The notes under the pieces were generated by a model. It made no database searches. It was not told where the DNA came from and worked only from the letters and a program-made list of their open reading frames with translations. The translations under genes were made by a program, and so were the position numbers. 46,698 nucleotides of DNA from an uncultured Gudongella sp. GTDB lineage: Bacteria > Bacillota > Clostridia > Tissierellales > Tissierellaceae. Positions 19,147-28,374 of the stretch are shown piece after piece. The DNA is taken from contig CAZHLQ010000394.1 of the NCBI GenBank assembly GCA_964533235.1, positions 1-46,698 of the forward strand, given 5' to 3'. Position 1 is the stretch's first letter; each line of letters opens with the position of its first letter.

Positions 19147-22100
19147 ATGAAGGATTTTTTACTTGATTCAATGCTTCATCTTAAGTCCTACGGAAGTATG
19201 CTGAAGGACATTGATGACAGGACAACACCAATAGCAGTCCATGGGCTCATGGAGGAAAACCTCGGGCATTTTTCTGCTGCCCTGAATCTTCACTCAGGAA
19301 GACAGCTTTTGCTGGTTACCTATGATGAACTGAGGAGCAGACAGCTTTACGAAGATATAAAAAGCATTTCAGGCGATAGAAAGACTGTCCATTTCCCCAG
19401 GAAGGAGCTCCTTTTTTACGACATCGATGCCCACAGTCACGAACGAAACCATCAGAGACTAAAAGTCTTATCAAGGATGCTGGAGGAGAAGGACATCATT
19501 ATAGTAACCTCCATAGAAGCAATATCAGACAGAATCCTTTCAAAAAACTCACTTGAAGCACATCGACTCAGTTTTTCTCTTGGCGGAGAGTACCTTCTTG
19601 ATGAGTTGACAGAGAAATTGATATTATCAGGTTATGAGAGAGTCAGCATGGTCGAAGCCCAGGGTCAGTTCAGTATAAGGGGTGGCATACTTGACGTCTT
19701 CTCTCCAGACATGGATAATCCTGTCAGGATCGAATTCTTCGACACCATGGTGGACTCCATCAGAAGCTTTGACTTTAGAACGCAAAGGTCGCTTGAGGTG
19801 CTTGAGAAGATCACAGTTTATCCATCGAGGGATATTCTGCTTCCAAAGGAGAGCTCTACTGTTTCAGAATCCTTAACAAGGGACCTGGCGGCATATGTTA
19901 AGTCGTCCTCCGACAAAACATCAAGGGACCTGGCTCAGGAAAAATTCGGCAAGTATATTGAGCTTTTAAAACAAGGAATTCACATACCAAATAGAGATCT
20001 GCTTCTTCCATACCTTGGAACAGAGCTGGTATCCGACCTGCTTGACCATCTTGAGAGGAATGCAGTCATCCTTCTTGACGAGCCAAGAAGGATAAGAGAA
20101 TCAAAGCTCTCTCTGGAGAACAGCTTCGACAACTGGGCTTCAGAGCTTTTCCAGGCGGGCGAGATCCTAAGAGCTCACTTTAACTCGAAGACAAGACTTG
20201 ATGACTTTATTGAAAAATCAAAAGGATTTATATGCCTTACAAGCGCAGCCTTTCTTAAACAGGACCAGGATTTCCCTCCAAAGGCTATACATCAGCTGGC
20301 AGGAAGACAAATGACCGTATATCACGGCAAGCTGGATATCCTCAAGGAGGATCTGGAGAGATTCAAATACAAGGGATACAAGACAATAATACTTTCCGGT
20401 ACGGAGGGAAGGGGAAAAAGGCTTAAGGATATGCTGGACAAGCTTGGTACCTCGTCAGAGTACCATGAGTCCAGAGCTGCTGAGATCAAAAGCGGCCAGC
20501 TGTTCATAACACCTGGATCGCTAAATACAGGCTTTGAATATGAAGGGGTAAAGCTTGCAGTAATAAGTGACACAGATATATTCGGAAGCGGTAGAAAACG
20601 AACTAAAAAGAAGAGATCCAAGCCTCTTGCCAAGGAATCCTCTCTAAGCTTCGGTGATCTTAAAGAGGGAGATTTTGTAGTACATGAAAATTATGGAATA
20701 GGGCAGTACCTTGGAGTTCAACAACTTACTGTCCAGGGGATAAAGAAGGATTACCTTCACATACAATACAAGGGAAATGACAGACTATACCTGCCTATCG
20801 ACCAGATGGGGATGATCCAGAAGTATATAGGCTCTGATTCCATAAAGCCAAAGATAAATAAGCTCAGTGGTGGAGAATGGTCAAAGACCCGTTCTAAGAC
20901 AAAGAGGGCGATCGAGGACATGGCACAGGACCTTCTTGAACTCTACGCCAAGCGGGAAAAGCTAAAAGGCTTCAGCTTCTCTGAAGACTCCACCTGGCAA
21001 AGAGAGTTTGAGGACATGTTCCCATACGATGAAACACCTGGTCAGCTCCATTCAACAGAGGAGATCAAGAAGGACATGGAAACTCCAAAGCCTATGGACA
21101 GGCTTCTTTGTGGTGACGTAGGCTACGGGAAGACAGAGGTTGCACTCAGAGCAGCCTTCAAAGCTATTATGGACGGTAAGCAGGTAGCAATACTGGTCCC
21201 TACGACCATTCTTGCCCAGCAGCACTACAATACACTTATAGAAAGGTTCGGCACATTCCCGGTCAAAATAGCTATGCTGAGTAGATTTAGATCTCCAAAG
21301 GAACAGAAGGAGAATATAAAGCTCCTCAAAAAGGGAATGATAGATGTAGTGGTAGGAACTCACCGACTCCTGTCCAAGGACGTGGAGTTCAAGGATCTGG
21401 GTCTTCTAATAGTTGACGAGGAGCAGCGATTTGGAGTCAAGCACAAGGAGAGCCTGAAGAGACTCAAGGAGACAGTTGATGTTTTGACCCTTACGGCTAC
21501 TCCTATCCCGAGAACCCTGCACATGTCTCTTGTAGGGATAAGAGATATGTCAGTAATAGAAGATCCGCCTGAGGAAAGATATCCAATACAGACCTACGTA
21601 ACAGAGCACAACAAGTCTCTCATCAGGGAGGCAGTAATCAAGGAGATATCGAGAGGAGGACAGGTCTATTACGTCTATAACAGAGTTGAGACGATAGACA
21701 AGATATCCTCAGAACTCCAGCAGCTCATACCAGAAGCTGTATTTGCCGTTGGACACGGACAAATGGCTGAGCGTGAGCTTGAAAACGTAATGATGGACTT
21801 TATGAACCAGGAAACTGACGTGTTAATATGCACTACTATTATAGAGACAGGGCTTGATATCCCTAATGTGAACACAATAATTATTCACGATGCAGATAAA
21901 ATGGGACTATCCCAGCTTTATCAGCTAAGAGGAAGGGTTGGCAGGTCCAACAGGATAGCCTATGCCTACTTTACCTATGAGAGAGACAAGGTGTTGAGCG
22001 AGGTAGCTGAAAAAAGACTAAGAGCTATAAAGGAATTCACCGAATTTGGATCGGGCTTCAAGATAGCAATGAGAGATCTTGAGATAAGAGGGGCTGGAAA

Positions 22101-22656
22101 TCTCCTTGGCATGGAGCAGCATGGCCACATAGAGTCTATCGGCTATGATCTTTATGTAAAATACCTGGGTGAGGCTGTGAGAAGGTTGAAGGGTGAGGTA
22201 GTTGAGGAAAGGATCGATACTACCGTAGACATCAAGATTGACGGCTTCATAAGCGACAGATATATTGAGGATGAGGATCAAAAGATCGAGATATACAAAA
22301 AAATCTCATCTGTGGAGAGCATGGATGACTATAGAGAGCTTATTGATGAGCTTATTGACCGCTTTGGAGATCTTCCCAAGCCAGTTGAAAACCTTATGAA
22401 TATATCGTATATACGGGCTCTGGCAAGTAAAAACGGAATAAAAAACATACTTCAGCTGCGAGAAAGGATCAGGCTGGACTTCGTCAGTCCAGATTGGATG
22501 AGACCAGAGCTTATAAACCAGCTGTCAGGGAAATATGGTAAGGAGATGGAGTTCGACCTGTCCACAGAGCCGGGAATAACTGTTGTGACTAAGGGGGAAC
22601 CGGTAAACAGGCTGAAGGATTTAGTAGAGACCATTGACAATTTCAGCAGGCAGTAA
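19147..22656 (+). CDS. mfd: Transcription-repair coupling factor
   Basis: RGGILD, VVHENYGIG (RID), GDVGYGKTEVA, DEEQRFG, TATPIPRT, QLRGRVGR, TRCF C-terminus; ATG 19147. Confidence 0.97.
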   Translation: MKDFLLDSMLHLKSYGSMLKDIDDRTTPIAVHGLMEENLGHFSAALNLHSGRQLLLVTYDELRSRQLYEDIKSISGDRKTVHFPRKELLFYDIDAHSHERNHQRLKVLSRMLEEKDIIIVTSIEAISDRILSKNSLEAHRLSFSLGGEYLLDELTEKLILSGYERVSMVEAQGQFSIRGGILDVFSPDMDNPVRIEFFDTMVDSIRSFDFRTQRSLEVLEKITVYPSRDILLPKESSTVSESLTRDLAAYVKSSSDKTSRDLAQEKFGKYIELLKQGIHIPNRDLLLPYLGTELVSDLLDHLERNAVILLDEPRRIRESKLSLENSFDNWASELFQAGEILRAHFNSKTRLDDFIEKSKGFICLTSAAFLKQDQDFPPKAIHQLAGRQMTVYHGKLDILKEDLERFKYKGYKTIILSGTEGRGKRLKDMLDKLGTSSEYHESRAAEIKSGQLFITPGSLNTGFEYEGVKLAVISDTDIFGSGRKRTKKKRSKPLAKESSLSFGDLKEGDFVVHENYGIGQYLGVQQLTVQGIKKDYLHIQYKGNDRLYLPIDQMGMIQKYIGSDSIKPKINKLSGGEWSKTRSKTKRAIEDMAQDLLELYAKREKLKGFSFSEDSTWQREFEDMFPYDETPGQLHSTEEIKKDMETPKPMDRLLCGDVGYGKTEVALRAAFKAIMDGKQVAILVPTTILAQQHYNTLIERFGTFPVKIAMLSRFRSPKEQKENIKLLKKGMIDVVVGTHRLLSKDVEFKDLGLLIVDEEQRFGVKHKESLKRLKETVDVLTLTATPIPRTLHMSLVGIRDMSVIEDPPEERYPIQTYVTEHNKSLIREAVIKEISRGGQVYYVYNRVETIDKISSELQQLIPEAVFAVGHGQMAERELENVMMDFMNQETDVLICTTIIETGLDIPNVNTIIIHDADKMGLSQLYQLRGRVGRSNRIAYAYFTYERDKVLSEVAEKRLRAIKEFTEFGSGFKIAMRDLEIRGAGNLLGMEQHGHIESIGYDLYVKYLGEAVRRLKGEVVEERIDTTVDIKIDGFISDRYIEDEDQKIEIYKKISSVESMDDYRELIDELIDRFGDLPKPVENLMNISYIRALASKNGIKNILQLRERIRLDFVSPDWMRPELINQLSGKYGKEMEFDLSTEPGITVVTKGEPVNRLKDLVETIDNFSRQ

Positions 22657-22686
22657 TATATTCATAGTTGGTTTTTAGAAAGGATA

Positions 22687-23619
22687 GTGATTTTTTTGAA
22701 TAGAAGTATTAGAGCAGTATTGTCGGTTGTGTTTTTAGCGCTCCTTCTAGCAGGGTGTCAGACTGTAAAGGAGGGTATAATTGCTGAGGTAAATGGAATT
22801 GAGATCACTCAGGAGGAGTTCGACATCGAATTTCAGGTAAATAAGTCAAGATTCGAGAGACAGTTTGGTGATGATGCATTGTCTCAGGTTGGAATGGATG
22901 GGAAGACCTTGGGAGAGACCCTAAGCGAGAATATACTTGAAAATTTGATAATCCAGAAGCTTATTGAAGCTGACTCAGAAAAAAACGGCATAACTGTAAC
23001 TGATGAAGAGATTGCCGCAAGCATAGCCTCGATCAGCGATGAGCTTGGTGGAGAACAGGCTTTTCAGGATTTCCTGGATTCAAACAGCTTCGATCTGGCT
23101 TATTTCAAAAAGTACGAGGGGGAGCAGCTCATAGTTGGCAAGCATAGAGAGCTTGTTCTCTCAGGCATTCAAATCACTGAGGAGCAGGCAAGGGATTACT
23201 ATTCTCAGAAAAGCGACAGTCTGATCGAGGTCAAAGCAAGCCATATCCTGTTGGCAACGGAGGAGGACGCAGCAAGGGTGCTGCAAAGACTTCAGAACGG
23301 CGAGGATTTTGCATCAGTCGCAATGCTTGAGTCCCTGGACAGTGAGTCTGCGATCAAAGGTGGAGAGCTTGGCTACTTCCCAAGAGGATACTATTCCATC
23401 TCCGAATTCGAGGAGCAGGCATTCGCGATTGAAGAGGGAGAAATGAGCGGTGTAGTAAGGACTGAGGTAGGCTATCATATCATTCTTGTCCAGGACAGGC
23501 TGGACACCTATGAAGAGCTGTCAGAAAAGGTATTTGATACAATAAGGGAAGAAAGCTATTATGGATATATAGAGAAGCTTAGGGCAGAGGCTGAGGTTAG
23601 CAAATATACCGCAGAATAG
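22687..23619 (+). CDS. prsA: PrsA-like lipoprotein foldase (parvulin PPIase)
   Basis: Lipobox LAGC, SurA-like N-domain, ASHILL, GGELG, GYHII; usual position after mfd. Confidence 0.85.
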   Translation: MIFLNRSIRAVLSVVFLALLLAGCQTVKEGIIAEVNGIEITQEEFDIEFQVNKSRFERQFGDDALSQVGMDGKTLGETLSENILENLIIQKLIEADSEKNGITVTDEEIAASIASISDELGGEQAFQDFLDSNSFDLAYFKKYEGEQLIVGKHRELVLSGIQITEEQARDYYSQKSDSLIEVKASHILLATEEDAARVLQRLQNGEDFASVAMLESLDSESAIKGGELGYFPRGYYSISEFEEQAFAIEEGEMSGVVRTEVGYHIILVQDRLDTYEELSEKVFDTIREESYYGYIEKLRAEAEVSKYTAE

Positions 23620-23644
23620 ACCTAAGGCATCAGGAGGAGCAAGA

Positions 23645-25258
23645 ATGACGAAAAGTCAAAACTATTTGAGAGGTGCAGCTATCCTGGGGATCGCAGGCAT
23701 CATAGTTAAAATATTGGGAGCCGTATATAGAATACCGCTGTCCAATATCATAAAGGATGAAGGGATAGGCTATTACCAGACTGCATATCCCATATATGTA
23801 CTGCTGCTGACCATCTCGACTGCTGGGATACCGGTGGCTATAGCTAAACTGGTTTCAGAAAAACGAGCGCTAGGTGATTATCGGAATGCCCACAAGGTAT
23901 TCAAGGTCTCCCTGGTAGGCTTGGTTGCGCTTGGAATACTGACCTCGCTGACAGTTGCCCTCGGAGCTGGAAGGATCGTCGAGTCCATCGGAAATCCAAA
24001 TGCTTATTATGCCCTTCTTGCATTGGCACCGGCACTTTTGTTCGTACCTATAATGGCTGCCTTCAGAGGATTTTTCCAGGGAAGTCAGACAATGTTTCCT
24101 ACCGCACTGTCTCAGGTTCTGGAGCAGCTGTTCAGAGTTGTTACAGGCTTGGGTCTTACAGTGATCCTATTGGACAAAGGACTCCCGGTAGCAGCAGGCG
24201 GCGCGTCCTTTGGAGGGTCGATGGGAGCGATCATTGGTGCCGTAACTATCATGATCGTTTATATGAGAAGGCGCAGCTCGATAAAGGATGAGATGGCAAA
24301 AACCTCCATAGGAGAGGATTACCCGGTCAAAAAGATAATTAAGGATCTACTTCTTATTGCCGTGCCGATAACTATCGGCTCTGCAATAGCGCCAGTAATG
24401 AATACCATAGATGCTGCACTTGTATTCAGAAGACTTCAGGACATAGGCTACACGTCTAAAACAGCCAACGACCTCTACGGTCAGCTGACAGGTATGGCGC
24501 AAACGCTGGTCAACCTGCCACAGGTTTTTTCGATCGCTATATCAATGAGTCTGGTACCGGCAATATCTATGGCCAGTGCCAAGAAGGCAAGAGAAGAGCT
24601 AGGCGGCCTTATTTCATCAGGGATCAGGATGACTCTCCTCATAGGACTTCCAGCTGCTCTTGGCATGTTTGTATTGGCAAAGCCAATAATCGCACTGTTG
24701 TACTTCAACAATGAACCCTCTGTAATCGCAAGCACAGGAGATATATTGACATATCTTTCCCTTGGCGTAGTATTTCTGACGCTGGTGCAGGCATTGACGG
24801 CTATCATCCAGGGGCTCGGGAAGCCTATAATACCAGTGAGAAACCTGTTCTTTGGTGCCTTGGCAAAGGTTACACTGACATATATACTCACAGGGATACC
24901 GGCGATCAATGTCAAAGGTGCTGCAATAAGTACTGTTACAGCTTATGCTGTAGCAGCTTCACTGGATTTTTATTACGTCATTAAAATGGCAAATGCCGAT
25001 CTTGATCTTAAAAAGATCCTGCTGAAGCCTCTTATGTCGTCACTAGGCATGGCAGCTGCTGCAAAGCTTGGTTATATGGCAATGTCCTCAGTTATGCCGG
25101 ATAAGCTTGCTACCCTTGCTGCAGTTGGACTAGGAGTCGTTATATATGGTGTACTTCTGGTGTTTACAGGCACGATAACTAAAGAGGATCTGGCTATGTT
25201 TACCAAGGGAGGAAGGATCGCCAGCAAGCTTGGAAGGTTCCTTAAGAGTGACAAATAG
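23645..25258 (+). CDS. MOP-family polysaccharide/lipid II flippase (YabM/SpoVB-like)
   Basis: GAAIL..KILGAVYRIPL, RGFFQG, SQVLEQ, about 14 TM segments; yabM position. Confidence 0.85.
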   Translation: MTKSQNYLRGAAILGIAGIIVKILGAVYRIPLSNIIKDEGIGYYQTAYPIYVLLLTISTAGIPVAIAKLVSEKRALGDYRNAHKVFKVSLVGLVALGILTSLTVALGAGRIVESIGNPNAYYALLALAPALLFVPIMAAFRGFFQGSQTMFPTALSQVLEQLFRVVTGLGLTVILLDKGLPVAAGGASFGGSMGAIIGAVTIMIVYMRRRSSIKDEMAKTSIGEDYPVKKIIKDLLLIAVPITIGSAIAPVMNTIDAALVFRRLQDIGYTSKTANDLYGQLTGMAQTLVNLPQVFSIAISMSLVPAISMASAKKAREELGGLISSGIRMTLLIGLPAALGMFVLAKPIIALLYFNNEPSVIASTGDILTYLSLGVVFLTLVQALTAIIQGLGKPIIPVRNLFFGALAKVTLTYILTGIPAINVKGAAISTVTAYAVAASLDFYYVIKMANADLDLKKILLKPLMSSLGMAAAAKLGYMAMSSVMPDKLATLAAVGLGVVIYGVLLVFTGTITKEDLAMFTKGGRIASKLGRFLKSDK

Positions 25259-25279
25259 TAGAGGATGGGGAGTAATTCT

Positions 25280-26737
25280 ATGAATAAGGTATATATTATA
25301 GGCTTAGGACCAGGGAGTCCTGACAATTTGACCTTGGCAGCTGCCGAACGGATCAACTCGGAGGGACCACATTTTTTGAGAACTGAAAGGCATCCTGCAG
25401 TAGACTATTTCAAAAGCAGGGGAGTTTCCTATATAGCCTTTGACAGCTATTACGACGAAGGTGACAGCTTTGAAGAGGTATATGATTCCATAGTGGCGAG
25501 GCTGATAGAAGAAGCAAGCCTCCATGGAACTATCAACTATTATGTCCCTGGAAATCCAATGGTCGCTGAAAGGACGGTAAGGCTTCTGGTTGAAAAAACC
25601 GAGGAACTGGAGAGTGTTATCATCTCAGGGATGAGCTTTATTGAGCCCATGCTGGAAGCAACAGGAATAGATCCGGTAGATGGACTTCAGGTATTGGATG
25701 GAGTACAGCTTAGATCAACCGATGTAAGCACCAGGAGCAATTTAATAATCACTCAGGTATATAATCCAAGGATAATGTCGGATATAAAGCTTACCCTTTC
25801 TGAAATATATGGCGATGAGCACACAGTGTATCTTGTCCATAGAGCTGGATTGATAGATCAAAAGATCGAGAGGGTACCCTTGTCTGAAATCGACAGGTCA
25901 GAGGATATAGATGTTCTTACCAGCCTGTTGGTTCCTGCATTGTCAGGTGATCAAAAGAGCAGATACTCTTATGAGGACATAGTTGACATAATGGCAAGAT
26001 TGAGAGGAGAGGACGGATGCCCCTGGGACAGGGAGCAGGACCATCTTTCGATCAGACAGGCTATACTGGAGGAAGCCTACGAGCTTGTAGAAGCTATCGA
26101 GGACGAGGATCCGGAGCATATAGTGGAAGAGTTGGGTGATTTACTGCTTCAAGTGGTATTCCACATCCAGATTGGGCATGAAGATGGCGAATTTTACCCG
26201 TTTGATGTTACGACTGGACTCGCAAAGAAGTTAATTTCAAGGCATCCCCACGTTTTTTTAGAAAAAAATGTAGATAATTCCAGCGAAGTAGTATATAATT
26301 GGAATAAGATAAAGTATGAAAATAGGAATATATCAACCCTTTCAGAGAAATTGAAAAATATTCCAAGACTTCCAGCTTTGATGAGAAGCTTCAAGGTTCA
26401 GGAAAAAGCTGCAGAAATTGGCTTTGACTGGGACGACATTAGCGGACCATCAGACAAAGTAGCTGAAGAGCTGGTTGAGGTAATGGAATCCTTCAATACA
26501 TTTGGACCAGGCCATACCCATACTGAGGAAGAGATCGGTGATCTATTCTTCGCAGTAGTCAATCTTTCAAGGTTTCTCAAGGTAGATCCGGAGGTAGCTC
26601 TAGGCAAAACCATTGGAAAATTCACAAAAAGATTGGAGAAAATGGAGTTAATGGCTGAAAATATGGGTATACAAATGGAGAATATGAGTCTGGATGAGTT
26701 GGATGTCCTATGGGACAAGGCTAAATCTGAAGAGTGA
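25280..26737 (+). CDS. mazG: YabN-like tetrapyrrole methylase-like + MazG nucleotide pyrophosphohydrolase fusion
   Basis: IIGLGPG, VPGNPMVAE, LRGEDGCPWD, EELGDLLLQ, RHPHVF, EEIGDLFF. Confidence 0.9.
   Translation: MNKVYIIGLGPGSPDNLTLAAAERINSEGPHFLRTERHPAVDYFKSRGVSYIAFDSYYDEGDSFEEVYDSIVARLIEEASLHGTINYYVPGNPMVAERTVRLLVEKTEELESVIISGMSFIEPMLEATGIDPVDGLQVLDGVQLRSTDVSTRSNLIITQVYNPRIMSDIKLTLSEIYGDEHTVYLVHRAGLIDQKIERVPLSEIDRSEDIDVLTSLLVPALSGDQKSRYSYEDIVDIMARLRGEDGCPWDREQDHLSIRQAILEEAYELVEAIEDEDPEHIVEELGDLLLQVVFHIQIGHEDGEFYPFDVTTGLAKKLISRHPHVFLEKNVDNSSEVVYNWNKIKYENRNISTLSEKLKNIPRLPALMRSFKVQEKAAEIGFDWDDISGPSDKVAEELVEVMESFNTFGPGHTHTEEEIGDLFFAVVNLSRFLKVDPEVALGKTIGKFTKRLEKMELMAENMGIQMENMSLDELDVLWDKAKSEE
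26271..26299 (+). promoter_or_regulatory. Candidate internal sigmaA promoter within yabN
   Basis: TAGATA-17 nt-TATAAT preceded by TTTTTTTAGAAAAAAAT (UP-like). Confidence 0.45.
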
Positions 26738-26805
26738 AGTTTGCTGATTGTGGACTCAAATAAGTATGAATAAATTAGCAAATAAAAAACAAGGAGGAAT
26801 CATTA

Positions 26806-27105
26806 ATGAACAAAGCTGAATTGATCGCGAGCATAGCAGAAAAAAGCGAACTTACAAAAAAAGATGCAGAGGCAGCATTGAACGCATTTATGAAAGCTGT
26901 TGAGGAGTCATTGGCAGCAGGAAACAAGGTTCAATTGGTAGGCTTTGGTACCTTCGAAGTAAGAGAAAGAAAAGCTAGAGAGGGAAGAAACCCTAGAAAT
27001 CCTGAAGAAGTTATTAAGATTCCAGCATCAAAAGCTCCTGTTTTCAAAGCCGGCAAGGCACTTAAGGAGAGCGTAAACGTAACTAAAAAAGGAAAGAAGA
27101 AATAA
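26806..27105 (+). CDS. hup: DNA-binding protein HU
   Basis: [33 protein letters not shown]. Confidence 0.96.
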   Translation: MNKAELIASIAEKSELTKKDAEAALNAFMKAVEESLAAGNKVQLVGFGTFEVRERKAREGRNPRNPEEVIKIPASKAPVFKAGKALKESVNVTKKGKKK

Positions 27106-27107
27106 GG

Positions 27108-27135
27108 AAATCAGGTCTATGACCTGATTTTTTTT
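27108..27135 (+). terminator. Intrinsic terminator after hup
   Basis: AAATCAGGTC-TAT-GACCTGATTT-TTTTT. Confidence 0.8.
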
Positions 27136-27146
27136 CGGAGGTAAAC

Positions 27147-27386
27147 ATGAGAATAGATAAATTTCTTAAGACGTCGAGAATAATAAAGAGAAGGACCGTG
27201 GCGAAGGAAGCCTGTGAGCAAGGCAAGGTGTCCATCAACGGGAAAACAGCTAAACCAGGAGATGAGTTGAAGATAGGAGACATAATAGCAGTGAGCTTCG
27301 GCAGCGGCGAAATGAAGGTCCAGGTCCTTGAGCTGAAGGAGTCTGTAGGGAAGGATCAGGCTGACAGCCTGTACAAGGTTATCTGA
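27147..27386 (+). CDS. rqcP: S4-domain RNA-binding protein YabO/RqcP
   Basis: MRIDKFLK.SRIIKRRTVAKEAC; position after hup. Confidence 0.88.
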   Translation: MRIDKFLKTSRIIKRRTVAKEACEQGKVSINGKTAKPGDELKIGDIIAVSFGSGEMKVQVLELKESVGKDQADSLYKVI

Positions 27387-27400
27387 TCCACTGGAAATAC

Positions 27401-27429
27401 TTGAAAATAATTACAAAACATGAGATAAT
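27401..27429 (+). promoter_or_regulatory. sigmaA promoter of divIC
   Basis: TTGAAA-17 nt-GATAAT with TG extension. Confidence 0.55.
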
Positions 27430-27470
27430 TATCGTTAAGAATAGTGTCCAGGTCCTAAGGCGGTGATTTT

Positions 27471-27803
27471 GTGTCAGGGAAAAGAAAGGTACGGAAAAAA
27501 GGCTTAAGGATATCACATGTTTTTGTACTGCTTCTCGTGGTATATCTTGCCACGGTCTTAAATCATCAAAGACAATTGATGAATAATCTGGAGCAAAAAA
27601 AAGACGTCCTTGAATCCGAGATAGTTCAGCTTGAGGACAAAATAGAGGATCTGAATGATCAGATCAATAAGAGCGGCACTCTGGAATTTGTAGAAAGGAT
27701 CGCCAGGGATGAGCTGGGAATGGTCAAGCCCAGGGAGATCATCTACATCGACAAGAGTAACCCAGAATATAGTATGGATAGTGTTTTTGACAACGATAAA
27801 TAA
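27471..27803 (+). CDS. divIC: Septum formation initiator DivIC/FtsB
   Basis: Basic N-terminus, one TM helix, coiled coil, ERIARDELGMVKPRE. Confidence 0.88.
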   Translation: MSGKRKVRKKGLRISHVFVLLLVVYLATVLNHQRQLMNNLEQKKDVLESEIVQLEDKIEDLNDQINKSGTLEFVERIARDELGMVKPREIIYIDKSNPEYSMDSVFDNDK

Positions 27804-27832
27804 TTGACATAACCAAGAGCGTGATATATACT
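27804..27832 (+). promoter_or_regulatory. sigmaA promoter of the S1-domain gene
   Basis: TTGACA-17 nt-TATACT. Confidence 0.8.
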
Positions 27833-27871
27833 CAGACTATATTAACATTTTTAAGGAGGAAAAGTTTGTCT

Positions 27872-28288
27872 ATGCCCGTATCTGTTGGAGAAATAGTAGA
27901 GGGTACTGTAACCGGAATCACCAATTTCGGTGCTTTTATTCAGTTGCCAGAAGGAAAAAGTGGACTAGTACATATTTCAGAGGTATCTCACGACTATGTA
28001 GAAAAGGTCTCGGATTACTTAAAAAAGGATCAAAAGATCAAAGTTAAGGTATTGTCTATATCTGCTGACGGGAAAATAAGCCTATCAGTCAGACAAGCAA
28101 AGCCAAAGACCAGTAAGCCTGTAGAAATAGACTGGAGCAGGCCGGAAGAGAGACAGAGAAGCATGTCCTTTGAGGATATGCTGAACAGCTACCTCAAGGA
28201 CAGCAATGAGAAGATGGACCAAATAAAAACCAAGGATGGAAGAAAGAGCTTTGGTGCGAGGGGCAAAAAGAACAGCAGCAACGATTAA
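27872..28288 (+). CDS. S1-domain RNA-binding protein (YabR-like)
   Basis: GTVTGITNFGAF, GLVHISE, ISLS, SFEDML..LKDS; ATG 27872 after AAGGAGGA (the ORF-track start lies inside the promoter). Confidence 0.9.
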   Translation: MPVSVGEIVEGTVTGITNFGAFIQLPEGKSGLVHISEVSHDYVEKVSDYLKKDQKIKVKVLSISADGKISLSVRQAKPKTSKPVEIDWSRPEERQRSMSFEDMLNSYLKDSNEKMDQIKTKDGRKSFGARGKKNSSND

Positions 28289-28289
28289 T

Positions 28290-28312
28290 AAAACCGGTTT
28301 AACCGGTTTTTT
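28290..28312 (+). terminator. Intrinsic terminator
   Basis: AAACCGG-TTTAA-CCGGTTT-TTT. Confidence 0.7.
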
Positions 28313-28374
28313 GTATTTGTGTGGAATAAATTATCTCTGGGTATATTAACATACAGCTTAGATAGGGTGATTTT

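Noticed and set aside
28339-28347. GGGTATA sigmaB-like -10 upstream of tilS
   Set aside because: No acceptable -35 element at the right spacing
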